From Chromera velia (lineage: Eukaryota): 50,163 bases of DNA. The DNA lies in NCBI GenBank assembly GCA_018398765.1, contig JAHBMJ010000341.1, positions 1 through 50,163 of the forward strand, given 5' to 3'. The translations under genes and the position numbers were made by a program. Within the stretch, counting starts at the first letter, position 1. Each line of letters opens with the position of its first letter. A model generated the notes under the pieces. It saw nothing but the letters and a program-made list of their open reading frames with translations, ran no database searches and was not told the origin of the DNA. Shown piece after piece: positions 24,727-37,830 of the stretch.

Positions 24727-25876
24727 TGATGATGATGATGATGATTGAGGGTTAAATCCTAGATTTAGCGACGCCAAATCCCAAGCCACTAGCAAGGCTT
24801 TGAGGACAACCCAGAGCACACATTCATGGGGGGAGGGGATGGGGAAGCCTGCATGCCAATCGGATCGATTCGCCTCAACTTGCCTTATCGATAGAATGGA
24901 CCTTCTTGAGATAGTCGGCTATAGCTTTGGAACCGCTTCTAGGCAGAATTATGCATAACAGTAACACCATATCCTTCATTTTTTTCTCATTATTAGAAGT
25001 GCCCCTCTCGGTTGCACCTGCAACGCGTTGTGCGATCTGTATTCTTATGTCAATGGGGGCTTTCTGCTTCGTAATTTCGTACAGTTCTTTCTGCCTGTTC
25101 CGTTCCCTTTCTGTGTCCTTACATTCCGTCAGAACATGAACCTCATGTTTGATCACACGCGAGGGGGATAAACATTTATCGCACAGCCGTTCCGGTTGGG
25201 TTCTATTTATATCCCCCCCTGTGAGTGTAATTAGCCACTTATAGAGAGGAGGCGGGCGTGCATTGGTCGGCCCGACTTGGCCGGTCCCGTGCTGCTGCGT
25301 TGCCTATCGGTGCGGCAGGGCTTAAGACATTACGGAGACGGAGAAAATGCATGCATCAATCCATGTTGTGAAGTTGCTTAGTGAAATACTCAGGGTGATT
25401 CGATGGAACAACTCTCGATCGATGAGAGCAGAAGCCGGACAAACATCTTACATTATTATTCCTGTATAGAGAACCGTGTTTGTCACTTACATGGTTCTCT
25501 ATACAAGAATAATAATGCAAGATGTTTGTCCGGCTTCTGCTCTCATCGATCGAGAGTTGTTCCATCGAATCACCCTGAGTATTTTACTAAGCAACTTCAC
25601 AACATGGATTGATGCATGCATTTTCTCCGTCTCCGTAATGTCTTAAGCCCTGCCGCACCGATAGGCAACGCAGCAGTACGGGACCGGCCAAGTCGGGCCG
25701 ACCAATGCACGCCCGCCTCCTCTCTATAAGTGGCTGATTACAATGAGAGCCCTGAAAAGCATACGAAAGCCTGCGGAGGACTGCAACAGACTCTTTGGCA
25801 GAGGTTCAACACTGCACTCTATCATTTTACTTCTCGGATGCCATTTCCTTTCATTCAGAAGGTGCATGGCCAAACG
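24727..25876 (-). mobile_element. 5'-truncated non-LTR retrotransposon (LINE) 3' end with (ATC)n tail and ~39-bp TSD, interrupted by a fold-back insertion
   Basis: Removing 25226-25742 plus one TSD copy restores RLAMHLLNERKW...FRALTGGDINRTQPERLCDKC...HEVHVLTEC (CCHC knuckle), ending at stop 24875. This is homologous to the LINE at 42550-43330. Tail (tga)n at 24727-24748. Direct repeats 24686-24724 and 25877-25915 (1 mismatch). Confidence 0.88.
25226..25742. mobile_element. 517-bp fold-back (palindromic) non-autonomous element with TGTAAT...ATTACA termini and 5-bp TSD
   Basis: 254-bp inverted arms (25226-25479 and 25489-25742), 9-nt loop, 6 mismatches. Flanked by gtgag (25221-25225) and atgag (25743-25747). 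Confidence 0.9.
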
Positions 25877-26958
25877 CTAGTAAATTGTAAATTGAAATTC
25901 GTTCCCTCGTTCGTTCCTAGGTTCGTTCCTAAAGTTTTGTCTAGAGTTTTATGGACCTAAACTAGTTCTTAAATCAGGTTGCGTAAGAATTTGTAAGAGA
26001 GTTTGTAAAATATTGAAATTATAATATACGTATAGATTATAGCATTAAAATTAACTAGAAAATTGGTTGAATCGGATTGATTCATTAAAAAAAATACTAT
26101 ATATACAAAACATATTATCGATATAATATCATATGTTAAAGATGATGCTAATATGTACATGTATGAAATAAATGTGTAAATTAGTCTAAATTACAGTGTA
26201 ATACTGTATCCTAAACTATATAAAAAAACTGCATATATTAATTGCTGAGCTGCCAGTGACCTTCACACTATATAAATTGTGAATTTGCTAATGACTAGGC
26301 TAGTATCGGCTAGTGAAATCCCAGGTGAGATCTAGGGTGAGATCATCATTTTTTGTTTTAAAAAGATTTATACTCAATCAAATTGATACTCATGCTTAAG
26401 TTGCAGGTTAAAGTATTTACTTACTTATACTTACACTAAAATTGTAACTCAACCTAGGTTACACTGGAATTATAGTGTGTGACAATAAGAATTTTTAGAA
26501 CTTTTTGTGTCACAATGATTTGTGACACAATGATTGTGATATTGGGCCCTCGATCGGTGATTGAGTCAGGGCCTCCGGCGGCATACCCCCGGAGCGTGCA
26601 GAGAGGGTATCATGGCCGTATCGCCGGTATGCACGCACTGTCATCCGTTGCACGATGTTGGACGCATATTGCTTCACTTAAAACTCACAGATACTGTCAT
26701 TCTGTTATACTCAGCTGATGGCTATACTATGGAAAGCAAAGGGAATGAGATAATGCGAAAGTGAATGCCTGCAACCGCAAATTGAGAGTTACGTACAGCC
26801 ACCATATGTACAGCCAGCCAATTCCAACTGGAAATTAAGCAATTTGATCGAAGCAACAGCTCAACACACATAGATATATCATACAGAGGCTAACTGTTGA
26901 CAGTTCACATATTGTGACATCGATAAACACACTCCTGAGTGACTCCTCTTTAGCGGCA

Positions 26959-28702
26959 ATGGCGACTGGTTCCTTTACAGTTGTCACAGGCGCTGGAAAT
27001 AAAAAGATCAAAACCGTGGCACTCTTCCGTTGTCCTCGGGATGCGAAATGTGCACTCAGAGAAATCAAGACCACTTGTCTGTGCGCTCCTTTGTCAGGTG
27101 TTGTGGGTCTCAGTAAGGTCTCTTCAACCTATCAGGGTTCGCCCGTGAACGACATTTTCGACGTTCCCCTTGTCAACGGGGAGTGCAAATGTGAGTTGCG
27201 TACTATTGTTTTATTCGATCAATCATCTGCTTTGCATATGGAGTTGCGTATATGAACATCGAACCTGTCTCCTCAAATTCCTGCTCAATTGGCACTGCTG
27301 CCGATTCTTGGCGCCGTTTCTGCTGCTGTATGCTGTCTATGTGCTACTGCCCCCTCTTGTGGTTCTCTTCGTTTGCAGATACCTGACCGAAGAAAACGCA
27401 GGGAAGGATTTATACAAGTTGAATACTGAGTGGAGAGCGAAGGGAGGCATGCCCATGAAGACTGTTGAGTCAATTGCCCTGCAACTAATCCAGACTGAAA
27501 ATGACCTCTACAGGGATCGCATCTTACACAGAGACATGGTAAGCAATTATGTTCTTTTTCAGACACATACTCCTCCGCTCTTGTGTGTTTATACGCTCTA
27601 TCGGCTTTCTACAGTGCTTTGTCCCTTCTTCAATGGTCGACTCCAGAACTCTATTCCTGTCCCCGCCATTCTTGTTCTCGCTTCTATGCATGATCACACA
27701 TCCTCCTTTTCACTTTCTTGCCTGACTGCCTTTTGATTGTCTTTTTCACCGGTCTCCATCTTTCAACAACCACGGGTTTCAGACTTTTCCCCTCAATTCT
27801 CTCCTTATATGAATCTCTAGCTGTCTGTTTTAATCTTTCTTCTGTCGGTCTCTTGTGTTAATACTTCCTCTGTCAGGTGTTGTTTTTTGTATTTTACTCT
27901 AAGAAACTTAAAAAATTTAATTTATTTGGTGTTACAATTGCATGATAAAATTCTTCTGACGTTGCTTTAGATTTTCTTTCTTATTGAACGCTCGTCATCT
28001 TTCACAGGAAATGGCATTTCGATTTAATCTCCTGTCTGGGTAATTGAAAGTCTGAACGACTTTTTTTGATCAACAGGTTCTGTCTGTCTGTGCATGCAGA
28101 AGCGCAAAAACGTATGCATCGACTCCCGAGGCCGTATGCGTTTGGTGGACTTCGGACTGGTAAAGAAGACAATACAGGACGCCCGCAGGCACACAAAGTG
28201 TGGTTCTGTTCAGTGTTTCGCTCTTGAGGTCCTGAAGGAGGATCTCTACGGGTTCCCTACGGAAGTGTTCGGGATTGGAGTGATCATCTTTGAGGTGCTG
28301 ACAGACTTGGACCTGTTCAGCCTCTCACCATCAGGGGATCACTGGCAGGAAATGCGGGACATACACAAGAGAGCCGACCTGTCTGAATAAGCCTTGTCCA
28401 AAAGACTCCCAGAGAAGAGACCAGACCTGATCGGTACTGATTTCCTCTACCTGTGTTTGTCTGCTCTCGCACTCATGCTCAACGCTGATCCGTCCATGCG
28501 TATCACCACACAAGGAGCCAAAAACCTTCCTTTTTTCCATACTGCAGCCAACAAGCCAAACAAAAAGAAGCTGAGAGACGTTAGACCCTTGCCAGCTCCG
28601 AAGCACTTCTTTCAGTTTGAGAGATTGACCGACAAAACGCTCAATAAGCCCCTCCCGCGGTACCCTCCCAATTCGGCGAAGCAGTCCGAAAAGGAAGCCT
28701 AG
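26959..28702 (+). pseudogene. Ser/Thr protein kinase pseudogene (intron-containing)
   Basis: Exons ~26959-27190, 27379-27538, 28100-28702 give ALREI, YL.EE, ILHRDM|KRKNV, DFGL, CGS...ALE, FGIGVI.FE and DP..RIT. There is an in-frame TAA at 28388-28390, an apparent frameshift near 27180 and degenerate APE and subdomain IX motifs. Confidence 0.8.
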
Positions 28703-29014
28703 AGAAATGATACTCAATGGCACCCGCTCTCTTATTTTTTGAGTCAGTCTCTCGGAGAGTCTTCCTGTTATGGTAGACAAGTACAGCTGCCAGTATACAG
28801 ACAAAAGGAGTAGACATATTTTTCGTAAATCTGATCGAATTTAAGTTACACAATCAATGATTGAAAACACAGGCGACACAGTGGGAAACATATAACAGTG
28901 TAAAGAAGAGCCACGATGACGAATTATACAAACATACCACTCTCCTTCCCATTTTAGCGAGCATTGAAATTAATTTACACTGTAAGTGGATAGACGTGAG
29001 AGGTGACAGATACA

Positions 29015-29084
29015 CGTGTATATAATATACTGTATGTATATGTGTATGTGTGTGATTGTGTGCACGTGTATGTGTGTGTGTGTA

Positions 29085-29122
<38 letters not shown>

Positions 29123-29132
29123 TGTGTGTATG

Positions 29133-29176
<44 letters not shown>

Positions 29177-29228
29177 TGTGTGTATGTCTGTATATGTGAT
29201 TATGTACACGTGTGTGTGTGTATGTGTG

Positions 29229-29280
<52 letters not shown>

Positions 29281-29293
29281 TATGTGCATGTGT

Positions 29294-29337
<44 letters not shown>

Positions 29338-29546
29338 TTGTGTGTGTATGTATGTGTGTGTATGTATGTATGTGTGTGAGTGTATATACATATGTGTGTG
29401 TGTTTGTGTTTGTGTATGTGTGTGTGTGTGTATGCGTGTATGTGTGTGAGTATATGAGTGTGTGTGTGTGTATGTGTGTGTGTGTATGTGTGTGTGTATG
29501 TGTGTATGTGTATGTATGTATATGTATGTGTGTGTATGTGTGTGTA

Positions 29547-29589
<43 letters not shown>

Positions 29590-29608
29590 ATATGTGTATG
29601 TAAGTGAA

Positions 29609-29646
<38 letters not shown>

Positions 29647-29886
29647 TGTGTGTATGTATATGTGTGTATATGTTTGTGTATATATGTGTATGTGTGTATG
29701 TGTGTGTGTGTACGAGTGTGTATGAGTGTGTACGAGTGTGTACGAGTGTGTATAAGTATGTATAAGTGTGTACGAGTGTGTACGAGTGTGTAGGTGTGTG
29801 TACGTCCGTGTACGTGCATGTACGTGCGTGTACGTGCATGTACATGCATGTACATGTGTGTACATATATATGTGTATGTATGTGTA

Positions 29887-29927
<41 letters not shown>

Positions 29928-30084
29928 ATGTGTGTGTATGTATGTATATGTGTGTACGTGTGTACGTGTGTATGTGTGTGATTGTGTGCACGTGTATGTG
30001 TGTGTGTATGTATGTGTGTGTGTGTGTGTGTGTATGTGTGTGTGTATGTGTGTATGTGTATGTGTGTATGTATGTGTGTGTGTG

Positions 30085-30131
<47 letters not shown>

Positions 30132-30186
30132 ATGTGTATGTGTGTATGTGTGTGTATGTGTGTTTGTGTGTGTGTGTGTGTATGTA

Positions 30187-30217
<31 letters not shown>

Positions 30218-30250
30218 ATCTGTATGTGTGTGTAAGTGTGTATATGTGTG
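29015..30250. repeat. ~1.2-kb compound (GT)n/(GTAT)n microsatellite
   Basis: Alternating purine-pyrimidine tract, directly visible. Confidence 0.97.
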
Positions 30251-30739
30251 CGTGCCTGACAGGTGTGCCTGTTTGCGCCTATGTGTGTGTCCGGTGTGCC
30301 TAAGTGGGTGGATGAGTGTTACAATACCCCTTCCTTGTCATACGTTTCGTCAACAAACATTTCACATGCTCTAAGAATATCCTTCTATTTCTCTTTTGAT
30401 GCAACGGAGATGCTGGAGGCACCATACACAGCTGAGATCGAGGAGGCGAAGACTCTGAGGCTTCTGCAGGAGGAGCAAGCAAAGAAAGAGCAGGCCAAGC
30501 GAGAGTCAGTCTTACGTATCATGCAAAGGTTCTTTTCCATACGTGTGCCTCTCTTGTTCACAGCGTTTATTGTCTATAATTGTCTGTTATCGACCCTGAG
30601 ACCATAAGCGCAAGCCTGCAGTATCAACAGAACGAATGGCTACGAGAGGATGAGAGTGCACCGTTCCATATGCAAAGGACCATAGGTAAGCCCTTAGTTG
30701 TCTTCCCTCTTTCTGTGTCTGCTCTTTCTGAATTGCCTG

Positions 30740-31425
30740 CTCTAGAGACGTGTGGGTGGATTAAAGCCTGCAAAGCCCATATGGATTTGTCTCCTCTGGA
30801 GACGTGTGGGTAGATTGAAGCCTGCAGAGTCCGTATGGATTTGTCTCCTTTGGAGACGTGCGGGTGGATTGAAGCCTGCAGAGTCCGTATGGATTTGTCT
30901 CCTCTGGAGACGTGTGGGTGGATTAAAGCCTGCAGAGTCCATATGGATTTGTCTCCTCTGGAGGCGTGCGGGTAGATTGAAGCCTACAGAGTCTGTATGG
31001 ATTTGTCTCCTCTGGAGACATGCGGGTAGATTGAAGCCTGCAAAGTCCATATGAATTTGTCTCCTTTGGAGACGTGCGGATGGATTGAAGCCTACAGAGT
31101 CCATATAGATTTGTCTCCTCTGGAGACATGTGGGTGGATTAAAGCCTGCAGAGTCCATATGGATTTGTCTCCTCTGGAGACGTGCGGGTGGATTGGAGCC
31201 TGCAGAGTGTATATGGATTTGTCTCCTCTGGAGACGTGCGGGTAGATTAAAGCCTGCAGAGTCCGTGTGGATTTGTCTCCTCTAGAGACGTGCGGGTGGA
31301 TTGAAGCCTGCAGAGTCCGTGTGGATTTGTCTCCTCTGGAGACATGTGGGTAGATTGAAGCCTGCAGAGTCCATATGAATTTGTCTCCTCTGGAGACGTG
31401 CGGGTGGATTGAAACCTGTAGACTC
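30740..31425. repeat. 54-bp minisatellite, 13 units (last partial), with a detached degenerate copy at ~31601-31667
   Basis: Consensus ctctggagacgtgcgggtggattgaagcctgcagagtccRtatggatttgtctc. gagac recurs from 30745 to 31393 with period 54. Confidence 0.95.
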
Positions 31426-34344
31426 TCTATCAGGTTCAGAAAGGGGATGGAAACTCACGTTCTAGGCTTCACGGTCCAAGATGAGCCGAACATTTCTATC
31501 AGAGATGCACATTCTCTTAACTGTTCTCCGTGGACATGAGATCGCAGGCATACAATGAAGATACTTTAGAATGAAAATGAAGGTAACATCGTTGAGGTTC
31601 GAAGCCTGCAGACTCTGTATGGAGTCGTCTCTTCTGGAGACGTGCGGGTGGATTGAAGCCTGCAGACAAAGACTCTACCCACTTTTTTTGATATCGGCTC
31701 CATAGTCTCTCAGATCAGCTGCTTCTGCACAGTTTATAGGGCTTTCTTTTCTTTCCCTTCCCTCCTTTCTTGCCTAGTCTGTGCGTGCAGGAGAGGATCT
31801 CCCAGTGACGCTCAAAAGATGAAGGGAGAGACGGGCGGAGTCGAAACAAGTACGGAAAAGGTGTAAAGGAACAAATTTAACCCTCACTCGCTCACTCAGT
31901 CGGACTTTTGCGGGGTCGATTGATAGATTTTCTTGTAGCCTGCATTCGCCCTTCTCCTCTCAGAATCAGGCTCGCTTGCGCTCGTTTTCTCTTCTGATCT
32001 TGAGCCTGAGCTTAAGTGGAAAATGAAGATAAGCGCGGCATGCTAAAGAAAACATCCAAATACGGTGGGGTTCTCTGAACAGTTCTTTAGATCTGCCCCG
32101 TATTAGGACAGCAGACTCGGATAAAAAACTATAAAGAAAAAGACTTCAATAAGGGTGACGTTAAACTAAATGGCCTACGTCTAGTAGCTCTAGCTAACTT
32201 ACATGCAAAATGATATGCCAAAATTTGAAGTTAATTCTAATTTCTCATATTTGTTTTTTTTATTGGAACGTCCAATTTTGAATTATAACAAAAAACATAT
32301 GTAAAATGAAAAAATACATAAACCAAATTAACTTATGTTTTTTAACATTGTCGTTTGCGGGGGCCAACGGTGCTGCCAACCTTTTCATAACAAAACGTAC
32401 GTTGCTACAGCAGCAGTACTTTATATAGCAAACTATAGCGCACCATATATAGAGTGTACCACTAAATCACTTATAGTTAGTTAGTTAGTTATAGAGCTAG
32501 TTAGTTAGCTATATAGCTAGTTAGTCAGTTAAGTGGTTAGTTAATTAGAGTATAGCTTACTATATTACTTATAAATAATTCATTCATAATCAATCAATGA
32601 ATCAATCATTAGATTCATTATAGTATATGATTGCACAATCGAATTGACGCAATCAATGCAGGACCTAGTCGAGGACTAGATGCAACAACTAGTACAACAA
32701 TGAATCAACTAGCGAGGATGACAGACAATGCTAGTTACAATAATTGACTAGGATCCAGGACTAGGATAATGACAAGACTATGATGTTAGCTGCTACATGC
32801 TGCTACTTGAGGTGGACTGCCAGTGGTAGGTGTAGTAATCAGCCCAGTGAGCAGCATTGGTCCATACGCATGATTAACTGTCGCGTCTTGCATTCACGAT
32901 ATCTGAGAGTTTGTCCCATCTTTGTGAGACTTTAATTCTCATCCAGCCGCGAGACATGCGGCAATACGCGTGGGTAGTCGCATTGCGGTCTATCGGCAAA
33001 GGATCCTTTCATTTTTCTTTTGGCTCGATCCATCATTTGATTGCTGGAGGCCGGAGTGCGGGACAAGGCGGGGCCGGAGGAAACGATATAGACTGATCAT
33101 TGATGAATTGGTTCACTCATTGGATAGGAAGAGAACGCACGGAACACGCACACTCGCTTCCCATCATGCACTTGTATACCTTGCACGCCTTTCTTTATAC
33201 CTTTTTTGTTTCTGCCAATGAGTCGATCGAGCAAAGTGGTACAGCGAAGGTGGAAAGGGAAACGGGGGGCGGGAAGGAAGGTCAGAATTGTTGAGCCGGT
33301 CGGCACATCTGACACTGGGCGTTAATTGAAGGCCCCGTCTGATTGCAGGACGTACGGGATCAGGAACAACAAGAATCGCGTTGTTGAATTCCATCCAAAC
33401 AAGGCAAAGGAGCCCCAGCTCCGCAAGGGTAATTGTGTGCACTGACCAAACATTTCGTCCGCTTTTCAGTATCACTCTCTGTGTGTCTAGCCTGCCTTCC
33501 TGCCTCCATCTAGGATGCCTCTCTGTTTTTTTTTTTTGCCTGCCTGCCTGCCTGCCTGCCTATCTTCTTCTCTTCTTCCTCCCTCCCTCCCCCCCCCCCC
33601 CCAACCCTCCCACTCCCTTTCACAAGGGGCACGAATATGTCTACAAAGAAAGTGTTGACCTAATACACCCAGCAGAGCTGCCCTCCCACATGCAAGTAAG
33701 CCACGCGGGGGATGCACGATGCATGTTCAAGCAGATAAGACAGGAAGGCAAGTGGGCGGGCAAAGACACAGGGAAAATCAGGCATAGAGAAGGGAAGGGA
33801 AGGGAAAGGAAGGGACGGATGGACTGATTGATGGCATGAGAGGGGGGAACAACGATCACTCCCGTCAAGGCTGAGCTCGGGTGTGCAAAGGAGAGACGAA
33901 TTTACCAAGAAAGAAGAAGGGGCGTGACAGTAGGGCAACCCCACTTCCCCCCCCTTCTCCTTCTCCTTTTCTGTTTGCGGAATTTCTTCTTCTTTTTCTT
34001 CTTTTGACGACTCCTCTCGGTTGATGGGAGGGAGGACGGATTTGGCGAAAGGATGGAAGATAAGGAAGGCTCGAAGGTGAGTGAATTCGTTCTTGCTGTC
34101 TTTCTTTCGTTCTTTCCTTCATTTTTCTCAACACCGATCTCTTCATGGATGGAGTCGCAGCATCGGGTAGAGCTACCGGAAGAGGAAGGGGCAGAGAATA
34201 CATATGTGATGCCCGCCTGTTTCGTTTTGTCGGTGCATGTCTCGGTCCCTCCCTCTCTCTGCTTCTACCTCCACCCACCCACCCACCCGCCAGCCGCACA
34301 TGCATCAGACAGTCCATCCATCCGTTCATTTGCGCATCAATCAA

Positions 34345-34894
34345 TTACCGGTATCTGTCTGCCCGAGACTGCAACATATTTTGCAGAGGTCCAAGGAGCC
34401 TCTTGAAGGCCAGACGGTCCAGAACAGCACACTGCACGCACAAACAAACAAACAAACAGAAGAGAGTCAGAGAGAGCATCAACAAACCGACGGACAGCAG
34501 AAATCTCAAGAGAGAAAGGTAGGCCATACGTGGCACTACACAGCACAAGAAAGCTGTGAACAAGACCATTTTTATGGTTGGGAATCTATCGATTCACCGC
34601 TTTGCCGCGTACTGAATCGATCTTTCGCTGGTCCTCCCAAATCTCCGTCTCACGGGGACGCAGTCGGAAGGAAGCAGGACGAGGAGCCGCACGTGCACCC
34701 TCCCGTCAAGCAGGCAACCACTCAACCAGTGCCCTCCCTTCCGGATTGAGATGCATGAAAGGAACAAAGACCGAGAACTGACCGACCAACCGACCCACCT
34801 TGCAGGGTCCCTGAGCAATCACATTTGCGGCTCGGGGCTCGTTGGTCAGGAGGGCCAGTTCTCCGAAGTAGTCACCCGCCTTGTACTCAGCCTT

Positions 34895-34934
<40 letters not shown>

Positions 34935-37830
34935 ACACACACACACACACACAGACAGACAGACGGACAGCGAAGGGGAATGAATACAGCGGGCGGATCG
35001 AGGCGACAGATAAACAAAACAGATAGCCGCAGGGAAATCAGGCCAGCAGGTAGGCAGGTAAACACGACGCAGAGTCTGTCCGAACGAGTGGAAGGAATCC
35101 TCTGTGAGTTACGATGACATGAAGGTACCCTCCCTCGACTTTGTTTTTGCCATCCTTCCTTGTCTGCTGTTTTTTTCGTTCCGCCCTCCCCCAAGCAAAG
35201 TACATACACTCTCTGCGGCAGACTCCATTTTTCGTCAGATCTCACTTGCCCTCACACAAAGCCGCACCCTTCGTTCCATACACCTCTGTCCCTGCCCACA
35301 CTCCCTTTGTCCTTCCCTCTCTTTCTCTTTCTCCTCCCTCCAGTCCACCTGCGTACCTTCTCTGCTGCTGCCCCTGGGGTGTCCGCCTTCGTGACAATTG
35401 CGTTTCCTTCCTCGAGGAGAAAAAACTTGTCGCCCGGATCGCCCTGCTTGATGATGAACTCACCGTCCTGCGTCGAGTCAGTCGGAGAGGGTGAGTGCAG
35501 ACACACATGCAGCAAAAGGATATGTATGCATTGAATCATAATAAAGGCTGTTTCTTCCTTTTTGGATTCTGCTTTTCATTTCATTTTCTGATGTTGGGAC
35601 GATGCCCCTCGCATTGGCCCCGCGTTGACCGAGCGAGGGGGTAGGGACAGAGCGATCGAGAAAGTTTGTTCGCCTGGTGCAAAAAGGCATCGAAGAGTTT
35701 GGGAGGAGAAACGCGTCACCAGCGAGCTTACAACAGATCTCAGAATAAATTCACTTGCAGTCACCAGGACACCGAAGAGAAAAAGAAAAGAACTCACTTT
35801 GAATGTCTCTGTCTTGAGAGCATCCGCAATTTTGTTTCTCTCGTACGCGTCCATCGATTCCAGGAGGGGCACACTGATGAGGAACTGCTCATACATCTGT
35901 CTTCTCTTCGCAGCTGCGTCCTTCACGATAGCGTTGAACGTCTCTCTGTCCAGAATCCACACGATGGAGCTGCAATTGCGATTATGCGATACAACCACGA
36001 AGAGAAGAAAAGAACAAATTTGCATGAAGTAACCCCGCAACAGAAATCATGAGGGAGATCACGCGCGCTCATGGTCAGCAGAGAACGTGCCTACGTGTGC
36101 ATGTCAACACGCTCTCTCTGTGTGCGTGAATGCAAGGAGAAATGAAATCAACGTCACAGGCAAATGAGGCAAGCACACACAGAAACGGACATCCGCCCCT
36201 CCGTGCACCCGAAACTCCTCCCTTAATGAGATGAGTTGCTTCACCCTTTTCCCTCAACTTCTCGTCTGACGAATCGCAAACACCGGAGACAAAATGGGAA
36301 AGAAGATTGCGCCCCCCGCAGAAACGTAGACAGTCAAAGAACATCTTCAGTCATTTTTTAAAAATTGAAGGCAGCGACCCCAAATGAAAGCTGGGCAGTC
36401 AGACAGACTGCAGGCTTCTTTTTTCCCCCTCCTTCACTTCGGTCAGACAGACATGACATGCAGAGAGCCTGAAAGAGCCGGAGGTACAAAAGCTGAAGGA
36501 GAAAAGTAAAAGAGGAAGAAAAGAAAGAAAACTCCACGCCGTGTTCCGTTGAGCGGCCCTCCTTTACCCCACTAGACGACATCGTTGTCTCTCTTTGCAT
36601 AGGAGAGGGACAGTGTTGAGCTCTCCTGACTGACAGACTGACTGACTGACTCTTCTCTGGCCTCCACGGAGGCAGCTCTGGGCACATTGTAGAGCAGTGC
36701 GAGTTCTCCGAAGACATCTCCTGCCTCGCAGGTCTTCACGAGCTTCTCCTCCGCCTCTCCATCAAACTTCTTGTAACAGTCAAGCACACCCTTCTCAATC
36801 ACGTACAGGACATCTCCGTCATCTCCCTGAACGATGGGTCGCTCCTTCGTCTTCAGGCTCTGCGCTCATGTGCATGTACATGCATGGGAATTAGCGCGCA
36901 TACATAGCGGCAGACGAAGAATTCTATGGATATTGAAAATGCCCTTTTCGCCCACTTCCTGCCTAAAGAGGAAGTGGACAGCTGCTCTCCGTGCGAGAGA
37001 TTAAAGGGCACGTGTTCTAGCGGTTTCTGGTGATCCTCAAGGAAGCCGGTGGGAGCGGACCCCCTCAAGCTAATCTTCTATACGGTCGAAGAGAGTCAAA
37101 GCCACGGATGGGACGGGATGGGATGGGGTGCGGGTGTTAGTGGTTTCTTGATGCACCTCATAGCGGTGGTGTGCTTCTTGCTGGACATACAGAGACACAG
37201 GGACAGCGGGTGAACTCTTCGGTGATTCTGGTGAGCACATGCTGGGCCGTGCGTTTGCGGGCTGACCTTTTCTTGCATAGCAAAAATGACTGTCTGGAGG
37301 TCCTTTTCGTCAAGAGAGGAGAAGAGGAGTGAGCTGGGCAGCACCTTCTTCAGCCGATTGATCTGTTCTGTTGACTTGTTGTAGACGGGCGGTGTGAATT
37401 CCTTCTTCTGGTTCCACTTGCCGTACGCCTCAGCAGACACTGAGGCACGAGGGCGGGCACCGTAGTTTTGGGCCGCAGGAGGAGGAGGGAGGTCGGCGAC
37501 TTCATCATCTTCCTCTGCAGTCACGAAACATGTTATGCATGTATTCGGCAACAACACTATGATACCCACGGGGCGAAGATTCTGCGAACAACTGAAAAAA
37601 ATCTGACGAGGACCTTCCGAGGGACGAGGGAGGCACAAGGGCCCGGACACACACTTACCGTCGTCTGAGTCTTCTTCTTCCTCAACATCGGCCGGTTTGA
37701 CCTCATTGAGGACCTTCAAGACTTCGTCGCGAGGGACTTGAACAGAAGAACGGTCGATGGACATTTTGGGGTAGTCTGGTCCGTCGAAATCGTTCACGCT
37801 TCTCTCGACACAACAGCACTTGTTTCCCAT
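34345..37830 (-). CDS. PKAr: cAMP-dependent protein kinase regulatory subunit, 7 exons, ~364 aa
   Basis: Exons 37830-37659, 37514-37267, 36859-36651, 35969-35798, 35467-35357, 34894-34799, 34431-34345, all GT-AG and in phase. Inhibitor site RPRASVSAE. Two cNMP cassettes, FGELALLYNVPRAASV and FGELALLTNEPRAANV. C-terminal LDRLAFKRLLGPL. Confidence 0.97.

Noticed and set aside
25161..25220. Small agggggata...tatccccccct stem-loop as an origin or terminator
   Set aside because: Short, lies within LINE coding sequence, and is likely chance.
25356..25612. Twin 69-aa ORFs on opposite strands
   Set aside because: Mirror products of the palindrome with no coding evidence.
28970..30374. His-Thr and Val-Cys repeat proteins
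   Set aside because: Translations of a (GT)n microsatellite.
30740..31425. CRISPR array or intact repeat-protein gene
   Set aside because: No spacers; stop codons are scattered in the candidate frames on both strands.
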